64,000 bases of DNA from assembly GCA_040954595.2 (NCBI GenBank), contig CM082598.2, positions 7,951,097-8,015,096 of the forward strand, in the 5' to 3' direction. Each line of letters opens with the position of its first letter. Position 1 is the first letter of the stretch. Position numbers and translations under genes: made by a program. Below are positions 38,163-47,762 of the stretch, piece after piece. The notes below the pieces were generated by a model, which was given only the letters and a program-made list of their open reading frames with translations, ran no database searches and was not told the DNA's origin. The DNA comes from Balanoglossus misakiensis (lineage: Eukaryota > Animalia > Hemichordata).

Positions 38163-38267
38163 TGTTGGGAGATTTTATGAATGATCAGCGATAGTTCATC
38201 ATTTGTGTATATGCAAATTATACGCAAATGATGAACTATCGCTGATCATTCATAAAATCTCCCAACA
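38163..38267. repeat. 105-bp near-perfect hairpin
   Basis: TGTTGGGAGATTTTATGAATGATCAGCGATAGTTCATCATTTG pairs with CAAATGATGAACTATCGCTGATCATTCATAAAATCTCCCAACA. Confidence 0.88.
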
Positions 38268-38395
38268 TATATCTCTTGGGGGAAATAATCCCGCTCAGTA
38301 AAATACGACACCGCTCCAAAATTGTTGCAAGGTACTGAATTTTTTTAGTCCTGCCTCTTCTAACGAAAAATAAGAAGACTGTTCATGTGATAATT

Positions 38396-38478
38396 ATATA
38401 CTCGTGGTTTTCGCGGAAGCGTACAACGTCTCGTCTGCGGCTTGAAGTTGCACTGCTCTGCGAAAACCACTCGTATAC
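38396..38478. repeat. Imperfect hairpin element
   Basis: ATACTCGTGGTTTTCGC pairs with GCGAAAACCACTCGTAT; centre CTCGTCTGCGGCTTG. Confidence 0.65.
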
Positions 38479-39488
38479 GATGACGTCAAACAAAGAAAGA
38501 TATCATGGGATTATATGTAAATATACATACATAAATTGCCATAACAGTTTAATGTGCCCATACTTACGAAAACACAACACACCACTGCTAAAACAGCAAC
38601 TGCGATCAGCAGCCATTGCCAGTTAACCTCATAGAGCTGGAAAGTAAAAATACAACTGATAAGTGATAATGCACCTCTATACCAAATACAGATCTTGCAC
38701 ATATTGAAATTTTGCATAATATTGTAGCACTTTAAAGTGAAGGGGTCAGCACGCTGTTATTGTTTGTTGATAGACATTAGAATTCACCTTCAAATCCCTG
38801 AAATTAAATAATTCCTAGAATGAACGAATCAGCCAACCGTAGCACAGACTGGACATGACAGCAACTGAAGATCCTAGAAGGTCCTGGCAACTGCAGTGGG
38901 GTTTGTGCTGGTATATGAGGGGATATATTCTCATCAAGGGACACCCAAGCGATGACCACTTCCATTTAAACAGTATACGAAAGCACACATGACTAAGAGG
39001 TCAGAACACCCAAAACTACTTACATTGGGCTTTCCTGGGGGATCTTGTAGAGGATCCCTTGCCTAGATCAAATTACACAAAAAAAATAGAATTAGCAAAT
39101 CCTTGAAACTGAAATGTTGAAAACTTTCAATGTCATGCCATTTCGGTCAATGACACATTTACTGAGTATAGAATGATGGATCAAGGTACATTATATAACC
39201 CAATTTAAGCTCATTTTTAAAGGACCGCAAATAGTTGATCCAAGTTACAAATGGACTTCAAATTATTACTTTAAGATTGTTGATCAAAGTCAGAGTAAAT
39301 GAAGTCCAATAACTCGTACCATAATACTTGTCTTATTAGTTTCAGGGGAATAATATATAATTTACTTGAAAATTATAATTATGCAAATTTTCCGACAAAA
39401 ATACCAATATTTCCTTTATGTTGCTTTTACTGTTGATGCTCGTGAGCCGATACAGGTTGTTCAAATTTAAAAACATCGTCATAGCCAA

Positions 39489-39504
39489 CCACTAGAGGGC
39501 GCTG
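39489..39504 (+). promoter_or_regulatory. CTCF-consensus-like motif (similar motifs at ~54398 reverse and ~58163)
   Basis: CCACTAGAGGGCGCTG; motif match only. Confidence 0.35.
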
Positions 39505-40753
39505 TTATGTATTTGAATGCCCATGAATGTGCAACTCGATCGTGCAGTACACCCATGTCACAGATAGCCTTCTCAGGCACTCATAAATTCATACTAGTAT
39601 TAGCTACATCCCCATTTGCCAGAATGTAGCACAAATTCGTTTGCTTCCATCATTGCAGAATCAGATTGAACAATGCTTAAAAACTTGGACAGAAAACATC
39701 AGTAAGACAACAAATGATTTGTTACATAAAGTCTGTACAATATGGCTACAGTTACATTCATGATTGCCATGGCATAAAGGTTAGAACTATCATCAGTGGT
39801 TCCATTAGTGCAAAATCCTGCGCATTTCAAAATGTCTGACCATAATTACACAAAGATAATGAAGGATGCATACACCACAAGTGCAAATTTGCAAATTGTA
39901 TTCAGCAAGGCTTACAAGATAAAAATAATGCAGAAATACACAGAAATGTTACAATTTGCACTCAGGCAACATGACATTGATATAATGTACCGGTACGGTG
40001 GTGTTCTATTCAGCCTTTCAAATGCCTATCCAAGGCAATATTGTTACATTTATGCAAAGTAAATTCTGAATGCATATTGAAGTATGCAAAGGAAAATAAT
40101 CGAACAGAACCTCTGTATCACGTGATTGAACATGCAGGCTGACAGACATAGGAGGACAGACACTCAGTTATTCATATGGTAGCTTTAAAAGCACATAGTC
40201 CTTGTGCCATGTGGGAACAAAATGTGTTTGGCTATTTCTGGGTTACAAATAAAAAGAGAATTCAGTTTCAGGTTTTTTGCAATTGTTGTAAATCACTTAC
40301 CATGCATCGCAATGTTTTCAGTCTTTCTTCCCTTGCTCCTATTCTGTTTAGAGCACTCTGTCTCTGCCTAATTCTCTGTATATGAAATTAGGAAGAATAT
40401 ATTCATTTAGGATTATAAGAGACACTTTCAGGAATTGCAGCATGGTGTCAATTATCAACGTCCTAAAATTCTTAAAGTTTATATTTTGAAACAATGACAT
40501 GGAGGAACAGGGTGGTGCATAGTACAAAATCATTATGTATACTAGGTCACATGATATTATGGCCATTAAAAGAATCAGTTTTTTAGCCCATTTTACTTCA
40601 GAAAACTGCTGGCTGATTGCTGGTTGCCATGTGTGTATCAATTGAGAAGACTTTGCAGCATTGTTCAAGAGAGTGTTGGCAGTCTATGGTGTGACAATCC
40701 ATGACAAAATTACAACTCCGCATTTTGCTATTCTTATTTCTATTCAACATTCC

Positions 40754-41002
40754 TGGAGAAAAGAAAAACCACTCCCGTCATACTTAATTTGCATTTTAAC
40801 TCTTTATTTTGCATGTCAATACTTTATTTGAATATTTGACAGGCCTAACAGTGTTGTCCCACTGTAGTTAAAGTTTTGGCCCAAGACTTGTAAATAGTTT
40901 TCCTCTGAATGGGTCTATGGTTCGTTTTTCGTATTGGTTCGTATCCATGGAATAAATCGTCGATTAGAGAAGACCGTGTCATCCTTGTACTTCTTCGCAA
41001 CA
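40754..41002 (+). repeat. 5' LTR
   Basis: TGGAGAAAAG...CTTCGCAACA, with AATAAA at ~40951. Confidence 0.97.
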
Positions 41003-41005
41003 TTT

Positions 41006-41023
41006 TGGTAGCAGAGCATGGTT
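41006..41023 (+). promoter_or_regulatory. Primer binding site, likely for initiator tRNA-Met
   Basis: TGGTAGCAGAGCATGGTT lies 3 nt after the 5' LTR and is near-complementary to the animal tRNA-iMet 3' end (TGGTAGCAGAGGATGGTT). Confidence 0.8.
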
Positions 41024-41033
41024 TGAGGCAAGT

Positions 41034-44000
41034 ATGCACGAAGAACAAGGATCCGGTCAGCATTTGGAGGAAGAGGTAAGAGAGGAGCAGCCCGAAGACA
41101 TGGAAGCTACCGAAGAGCGAGTTGAAGACCTGAAGCAGAGCAAGTCCAGGGCCAAGGCTGTGTTCACCAGGGTGAGACATCAACTGCTGCGACTACTGGA
41201 GGAAGAAGACCCGCCCACCAGCTGCCAACAGGTTAGAGACTTTAGTCAAAATTTGGACGCTGCTGTGGAAAAAGCGTTGGACATAATGGCCAAGTTATCT
41301 GATGAGTATCAGCGGTTGAAGGATCGACAGAACCGGAGAAAAGTAAGTCAAGAAATGGACAAATTGGAAACTGAGTTTACCGAAGCACAGAACCAAGTGC
41401 AGGACTATATACGAGCTAGAAAGGTGGACTCGTCAAGTACAGGTTCAAGAAGTTCCAGCAAGGTGCATTTCCGACAGCAAAAGGAAAAGGAAGCCCGTCA
41501 GCAAGTAGAAAAGATCCAAGAAGAGGTCAGACGAAAAGAATCGGAACTCAAGTATATGAAGCAACAAGTGGAAAAAGAGAGTGCACGTCGCAAAAAGGAA
41601 TTGGATGAACAAATGCGTTATGATTATGGGCGTCTTCGAGCAGCTGAACAGGACTTGAAGGAAAGATATCGTGAACTAGAATATGAAATAGACACTGACA
41701 TTGGACTAAAATGTAATCCATCATCGGACATTGAAGATTGCATCAGCGCGGACATGGGTGAGGTGACTCTTCATGACAATCCACCACAGCAGGAGCCGAA
41801 GGAAAAGTCTTCCCAAAGTAAAGGTATCGTACATTCTACCAATACCACTTCACATCAGGCATCCAATTCGGTTGCAATTGGTCAGGACTTGTGGAAACAA
41901 CTTCAACGTGTATCAATTCCAAGATTTTCGGGTGATAAGAGACTTTACGAAAGTTGGAAAGCAGCATTCTATGCATGCATTGACCAAGCCCCTGCAACGC
42001 CCGAGTACAAGCTCCTTCAACTTCGTCAATATCTGTCTGGGGAAGCTCTCAAGGTGATAGAAAATCTGGGACATTCTGCGACTGCCTACCAAGCTGCAAA
42101 AGATAGGCTAGAACGGAAATATGGTGGGAGACGTCGTCAAATCGCGTTATTTTTGGAAGATTTGGACAATGTTAAACCCATACGACCAGGAAATTGTAAA
42201 GACATTGAACGCTTTGCGGACTTGTTGGACATTGCTGTAGTTAACCTGAAAGAAGCCGGTCGAACTGACGAGTTGGGAAACGGATCATTATACACCAAGT
42301 TACAGAAGAAGTTGACAGAGACAATGCTTACGCAATATCATCGTTGGATCTTTGAAAAGGACCGGGTTGAATCTGTTGAAACACTGCGTGAATGGATAAT
42401 CCAAGAAGCCGAATTCCAGACCATAGCAAGTGAAACTGTACAAGGACTCGCAAATGTAACCAGGAACGCGGAATATAGAAGAGTCAGGGCGAACACGCGG
42501 ACATTCTTCGGAAGTGCTCAAGTGACTGAAAATGCCAAAAGCAGTCGTTATACCAGTCGAAGGTCGTGTAAAGTGTGTGGAAAGCAACATGGCGTATGGA
42601 GCTGTGACCAATTTAAGAAGATGGCCATTTCACAAAGGTGGGAACTTGCGAAACAACTTAGACTTTGTTATCGTTGCCTTGGAGATGACCACCAGGGGCG
42701 CCATTGTACCAGGACTAGAATATGCGGTTTGGATGGATGTCGGGATACGCACAACAGACTACTGCACAGGATCTGGAATCAAAGTGGTCCACAAGCACCA
42801 AGCCAAGGTAATAAAAACCAATATATATCTTTTCGAAACAAAACGGCTGAACCCAATGCAACTTCGGACAATACAATCGCTGATTCCAGACGTGTGCCTC
42901 TACGCGTCACTGAGGGGGAGCATTGTGGTAATACGGAGCGATTGCAGACAACGATGATCTCCGAGTCGTCGGATGTACAACCTATAACATTGAGAACTGT
43001 AACTGTAATTCTGAAACATGGCGGTCGTAAAATAAAAGCTAATGCTTTGCTTGATGATGCCAGCACCGGAACTTATATAAACACTGACATTGCAGAAGAG
43101 TTGGGATTACAGGGACATACCCAACCGATATCTGTCAATGTGCTCAACGGACATGTGAAAACTTTCCAAACAACTCCAGTAGAAGTTGGACTCGAGAGCA
43201 TCAATGGAGACGTGGACATGAACATCTGCGCATTTACAACGGACAGAGTAACAGGTAACATGCGTGTGATAGACTGGAGATCTCGAAATGAAAAATGGTC
43301 TCATCTGAAAGGAATAGACTTTCCGAAGCTCGGCGCCAGGCCAATCGTTGATATTCTTATTGGTCTGGATTACGCTGATCTGCATTACTCCTTCAGGGAC
43401 ATCAGAGGGAAACCAGGTGAGCCCATTGCACGACTTACACCATTGGGTTGGACTTGTATCGGCAATCCAGACGGTAACCAGGGACGTCCGCTACAAACGC
43501 ACTTTGTGAGAACTTACTTTGTTCAAGACCAAACCAAGTTAGAAGACCTAAATTCTACTCTGAGGAAATTCTGGGAGATCGATAATCTACCTAGCCCAGC
43601 AGAAAGTTTGAATGTGTCTCTGGACGATCGAACTGCACTAGAACTTGCCAACAGATCACTTAAACTACACAATGGCCGATACCAGGTGGGAATCCCATGG
43701 AGAGAAGATGCCCCAGAATTGCCTGATAACTACGATATGGCATTACGACGATTAGAGAACACTGAGAAACGGTTAGTGAAGGATCCGCAAGTTGCCACAG
43801 CATATTCAACTACCTTGAATCAATACATCGAGAAGGGCTACATCCGAAAGGTTCCCCAGAGTGAGAGAAAACCAGAGAACAAGTGGTACCTGCCTCATTT
43901 TCCAGTAGTGCGGCCTGATAAAGCAACCACGAAGACACGCATTGTGTTTGATGCATCTGCAAGATATCAAGGGATCTCTCTGAATGATGTCATCTATCAA

Positions 44001-46952
44001 GGACCAAAGTTACAACCTGATTTATTCGATGTGTTGCTCCGTTTTCGACGACATCCTGTGGCCGTGGTGAGTGATATAGCAGAGATGTACCTGAGGATAG
44101 AAATTCCGCCTGACGACCGAGTCTTTCATCGATTCCTGTGGAGAGACCTGAATCAACAGGAAGTACCAGATGAGTATGAATTTAGCAGAGTTGTTTTTGG
44201 AGTGAACTCTTCTCCATTCTTGGCGCAGTTCGTGACACAAACTCATGCAAAGTCGCATGCTAATGATCTTCCAATGGCTGCAGAGACTGTATTGAAATCT
44301 ACATACATGGATGACAGCATGGACTCAGTAAAAAATGAACAGCAAGCTGTCAGACTATACAACGAGTTGTCCGAACTTTGGGAGATGGCTGGAATGCATG
44401 CACGTAAGTGGTTGTCCAATTCAGCGACTGTGTTAGAGAAAATACCTACCAAAGACAGAGCATGCGAAGTGGATCTGGATCAAGGTGAGCTACCTGCAAT
44501 AAAGACTCTTGGTATCTGGTGGATAGCTGAAGAAGATGTATTCACCTTCAGAGCAAATCCTCCCAACCATGACTACGTAATCACAAAGCGCAACTTCCTG
44601 AAGAAGATTGCCACGTTATTCGATCCACTGGGCTTTCTGGCACCATTCATTATCCGAGCAAAAGTACTACTTCAAGACATGTGGGCCGCGGGGCTGGATT
44701 GGGACAGTGATCCTGGCAACAACCTCACCACCAGAGCTCGAAAATGGTTCAATGAATTGACGGATCTGGAGAACATAAAAGTTCCAAGATGTTTACAAGC
44801 GCCAAATGAGCTAGCGTCAATGACCTTGCATGTATTTGTAGATGCCTCCCAGGATGCCTATGGTGCCGTCGTCTATGCAAGAAATGAATATGAAGACGCC
44901 ACAGTTTCTCATCATATGATAGCAGCAAAAACTCGAGTGGCACCCCTGACAAGCATCAGTATTCCTCGCCTTGAACTAATGGGAGCCATTCTTGGACTAC
45001 GATTATCCGAATCGATTGCAGAAGCACTTGGTATTAGTCTGACTGAGGTCGTATTTTGGTCAGACAGCATGAATGTCCTGTGGTGGATCAGAAGTCGGAG
45101 CCGGAAGTTCAAGCCCTTTGTTGCAAACAGAGTTGGAGAAATCCAAGGATCTACAAACCCTGACCAATGGAGGTACGTGTCCACAAAAGAAAACCCAGCT
45201 GACTTGGTTACTAGAGGGATAACGGCGATAGATCTAGCTCATGAAGATCTCTGGTGGAAAGGACCAGAATTCCTTGCGAAATCTCCATCAGATTGGCCAC
45301 AAAACCCTGTGACAAAAGCAGCCGAGTCGGAAGACGCCGAGATGAAGAAAACGTATCAGCCAACAACTCTTGTTGTGAATCAACCCCAAAGTAACAACCA
45401 CTGTGACCAGTCAAAAGCCAAACCTGAGCAACACGCAAAAGATGTGCCAGCGGCTGTGGGTGCACTTGACACTGTACTACTGAGGCCGGACCAGTTTTCA
45501 AGTTGGACAAAACTGACGAGAACTCAAGCATGGATCTATCGGTTTCTGCATAACTGTAGACATCCCAAAGAAGGACGAAGAAGAGGAGAATTACTTCCAG
45601 ACGAAATAGAAGAAGCAGAAATAGTGATCATCAGGCGTATGCAGGCCGAATCATTTCCTGAAGAGTATTCATCACTCGTCCATAACAAGGAACTCCCAAA
45701 GAAGAGCAAGATACTCAGCCTTCGACCACGAATTGATGAAGATGGCTTGATGAGATGCGATGGCCGGTTAAGGTATGCGGACTACTTACCATATGATGTT
45801 CGTTATCCTGTCATTCTCCCCAGAAGAAACTGGGTTACCAAACTGATAGTAAAGTACTACCACGAACTTGGAGAACATACTGCTGGGACAAACCACACTC
45901 TATCAGCCTTATCGGCAAGATTTTGGATCATCGCTGGACGTGAAGAAATCCGTCAGTGGGAGCATGAATGTGCGGAATGTCGACGACGCAAAGCCAAGGC
46001 AGCAAGTCAAGTTATGGCGCCACTACCTAGAATTCGACTGAAGATGCCTCTACGTGCATTTGCTGATGTAGCAGTGGATTATGCTGGTCAATTTATTACA
46101 ATCCAGGGGCGTGGTAAACAAAGAACCAAACGTTACTTGTGCTTATTTACCTGCTTGGCTACTAGAGCTGTTCATCTAGAAGTCGCCTATGGACTCGATA
46201 CTGATTCATTTCTGAATGCCTTCTATAGGATGGTCAACCGTAGAGGACTTCCAAAGTGTGTGCTCTCTGATAATGGCACTAATTTCGTGGCTGCTGACAA
46301 GGAACTGAGAGAATTGATCCAGCAACTGGATAAAGACCAAGTCAGCAGATCAACAGCAAACCAAGGTATAAAGTGGAGCTTCAATCCTCCCTTAGCACCT
46401 CACTTTGGTGGCGTCCATGAGACCATGATCAAGGCAGCGAAGAGAGCAATCTATGCCATACTGAAGAATGCTGACATAACAGATGAGGAACTTTTAACGG
46501 CCGTGACAGGGGCGGAAGCACTCATCAATTCAAGACCAATCACCTATCAATCTGCCAATCCAGATGACATTACACCTCTGACGCCAAACCACTTCCTACA
46601 TGGTCAAGTTGGGGGACAGTTCGCTCCCGACTCCGTCGATACTACCGACTACACTCCCAGGAAAAGATGGAGAAGACTCCAAGAGCTGATGAAACACTTT
46701 TGGAAGAGGTGGATGCAGGAATGGTTACCTTCTCTAAATGTGCGTAAGAAGTGGTTCACCACCAAAAGGAACCTCCAAGTTGGTGATATTGTCCTTGTTA
46801 TTTCACCGGGTACTCAACGTGGACACTGGCCCCTTGGACTTATAACGGACGTTCACCCTGGTCGCGATGGACATGTACGCGTGGTAACCGTGAAGACCGG
46901 AGAAACGACGTTTCGGCGACCAATATCGAAAGTGTGCCCTCTGGAATTTTGA
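41034..46952 (+). CDS. BEL/Pao Gag-Pol polyprotein (1972 aa): coiled coil, Gag, three Cys/His knuckles, aspartic protease, RT, RNase H, integrase
   Basis: IPRFSGD (Gag); CKVCGKQHGVWSC, LCYRCLGDDHQGRHC, CGLDGCRDTHNRLLH; ALLDDAS (protease); WYLPHFPV, TRIVFDAS, DIAEMYLRI, STYMDD (RT); LHVFVDASQDAYG, SIPRLELMGA, ENPADLVTRG (RNase H); VDYAG, SDNGTNF, APHFGGVHE (integrase); RPISKVCPLE. Confidence 0.98.
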   Translation: MHEEQGSGQHLEEEVREEQPEDMEATEERVEDLKQSKSRAKAVFTRVRHQLLRLLEEEDPPTSCQQVRDFSQNLDAAVEKALDIMAKLSDEYQRLKDRQNRRKVSQEMDKLETEFTEAQNQVQDYIRARKVDSSSTGSRSSSKVHFRQQKEKEARQQVEKIQEEVRRKESELKYMKQQVEKESARRKKELDEQMRYDYGRLRAAEQDLKERYRELEYEIDTDIGLKCNPSSDIEDCISADMGEVTLHDNPPQQEPKEKSSQSKGIVHSTNTTSHQASNSVAIGQDLWKQLQRVSIPRFSGDKRLYESWKAAFYACIDQAPATPEYKLLQLRQYLSGEALKVIENLGHSATAYQAAKDRLERKYGGRRRQIALFLEDLDNVKPIRPGNCKDIERFADLLDIAVVNLKEAGRTDELGNGSLYTKLQKKLTETMLTQYHRWIFEKDRVESVETLREWIIQEAEFQTIASETVQGLANVTRNAEYRRVRANTRTFFGSAQVTENAKSSRYTSRRSCKVCGKQHGVWSCDQFKKMAISQRWELAKQLRLCYRCLGDDHQGRHCTRTRICGLDGCRDTHNRLLHRIWNQSGPQAPSQGNKNQYISFRNKTAEPNATSDNTIADSRRVPLRVTEGEHCGNTERLQTTMISESSDVQPITLRTVTVILKHGGRKIKANALLDDASTGTYINTDIAEELGLQGHTQPISVNVLNGHVKTFQTTPVEVGLESINGDVDMNICAFTTDRVTGNMRVIDWRSRNEKWSHLKGIDFPKLGARPIVDILIGLDYADLHYSFRDIRGKPGEPIARLTPLGWTCIGNPDGNQGRPLQTHFVRTYFVQDQTKLEDLNSTLRKFWEIDNLPSPAESLNVSLDDRTALELANRSLKLHNGRYQVGIPWREDAPELPDNYDMALRRLENTEKRLVKDPQVATAYSTTLNQYIEKGYIRKVPQSERKPENKWYLPHFPVVRPDKATTKTRIVFDASARYQGISLNDVIYQGPKLQPDLFDVLLRFRRHPVAVVSDIAEMYLRIEIPPDDRVFHRFLWRDLNQQEVPDEYEFSRVVFGVNSSPFLAQFVTQTHAKSHANDLPMAAETVLKSTYMDDSMDSVKNEQQAVRLYNELSELWEMAGMHARKWLSNSATVLEKIPTKDRACEVDLDQGELPAIKTLGIWWIAEEDVFTFRANPPNHDYVITKRNFLKKIATLFDPLGFLAPFIIRAKVLLQDMWAAGLDWDSDPGNNLTTRARKWFNELTDLENIKVPRCLQAPNELASMTLHVFVDASQDAYGAVVYARNEYEDATVSHHMIAAKTRVAPLTSISIPRLELMGAILGLRLSESIAEALGISLTEVVFWSDSMNVLWWIRSRSRKFKPFVANRVGEIQGSTNPDQWRYVSTKENPADLVTRGITAIDLAHEDLWWKGPEFLAKSPSDWPQNPVTKAAESEDAEMKKTYQPTTLVVNQPQSNNHCDQSKAKPEQHAKDVPAAVGALDTVLLRPDQFSSWTKLTRTQAWIYRFLHNCRHPKEGRRRGELLPDEIEEAEIVIIRRMQAESFPEEYSSLVHNKELPKKSKILSLRPRIDEDGLMRCDGRLRYADYLPYDVRYPVILPRRNWVTKLIVKYYHELGEHTAGTNHTLSALSARFWIIAGREEIRQWEHECAECRRRKAKAASQVMAPLPRIRLKMPLRAFADVAVDYAGQFITIQGRGKQRTKRYLCLFTCLATRAVHLEVAYGLDTDSFLNAFYRMVNRRGLPKCVLSDNGTNFVAADKELRELIQQLDKDQVSRSTANQGIKWSFNPPLAPHFGGVHETMIKAAKRAIYAILKNADITDEELLTAVTGAEALINSRPITYQSANPDDITPLTPNHFLHGQVGGQFAPDSVDTTDYTPRKRWRRLQELMKHFWKRWMQEWLPSLNVRKKWFTTKRNLQVGDIVLVISPGTQRGHWPLGLITDVHPGRDGHVRVVTVKTGETTFRRPISKVCPLEF

Positions 46953-47255
46953 CTTAATACAGTTTTACAGACTTTCATGATAAGGACACTGAATTCTTTT
47001 TGCACAGGACTGATAGTGCTGAGTTTGTTTTTTAGTTACTTTGGACCAATGAAAAATACTTGGTTACTTTATGAATATGTATTAACTGAACATTTGAAAA
47101 CGTATGACATATTGAACATGAAATTTGACAGTTTTTAATTTAATTATTAGAAAAAGTGAAAAAAAAGTTAAAAAGAAATAATCAGTCTAAAAAAAAAAAT
47201 ATAAAATAGTAAAATTCTCGAATTTTTTGAGGAATCAATATTTTCAACATTGATT

Positions 47256-47266
47256 GAGGGGGAGAA
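47256..47266 (+). other. Polypurine tract
   Basis: GAGGGGGAGAA immediately precedes the 3' LTR. Confidence 0.88.
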
Positions 47267-47515
47267 TGGAGAAAAGAAAAACCACTCCCGTCATACTTAA
47301 TTTGCATTTTAACTCTTTATTTTGCATGTCAATACTTTATTTGAATATTTGACAGGCCTAACAGTGTTGTCCCACTGTAGTTAAAGTTTTGGCCCAAGAC
47401 TTGTAAATAGTTTTCCTCTGAATGGGTCTATGGTTCGTTTTTCGTATTGGTTCGTATCCATGGAATAAATCGTCGATTAGAGAAGACCGTGTCATCCTTG
47501 TACTTCTTCGCAACA
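47267..47515 (+). repeat. 3' LTR
   Basis: Identical by eye to 40754-41002; followed by ATTCC. Confidence 0.97.
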
Positions 47516-47620
47516 ATTCCATTTCTTAGTTCAAAATTTGATTTCACAATTCAACATTCCATTTTTCAGTACAACAATTCGATTTCACAACTTTGACTTA
47601 CAGATAGTCAGATTGAATCT

Positions 47621-47762
47621 GGCGTCTGCGTATTCACGTATGTAGATTCCTTCATTCAGAATTGGAATTTTACATTGTCAGCATAATTGGGATTTTGCAT
47701 AGTCAGCGACATTCAGAAATCTGTTCCAACATAAATTCTACATGCGTGAATACGCAGACGCC
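47621..47762. mobile_element. Small MITE-like inverted-repeat element
   Basis: GGCGTCTGCGTATTCACGTATGTAGA pairs with TCTACATGCGTGAATACGCAGACGCC. Confidence 0.6.

Larger units (their letters stand above)
40754..47515 (+). mobile_element. Full-length BEL/Pao LTR retrotransposon
   Basis: 249-bp TG...CA LTRs at 40754-41002 and 47267-47515 with no differences seen. 5-bp TSD ATTCC on both sides. PBS, PPT and a single intact gag-pol ORF are present. Confidence 0.98.

Noticed and set aside
40590-40690. Possible further minus-strand exon (NTLLNNAAKSSQLIHTWQPAISQQFSE)
   Set aside because: Weak splice signals and no independent support.
41773-45531. Alternative-frame and antisense ORFs inside the BEL/Pao ORF
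   Set aside because: Shadow ORFs of a long coding region with no motifs.
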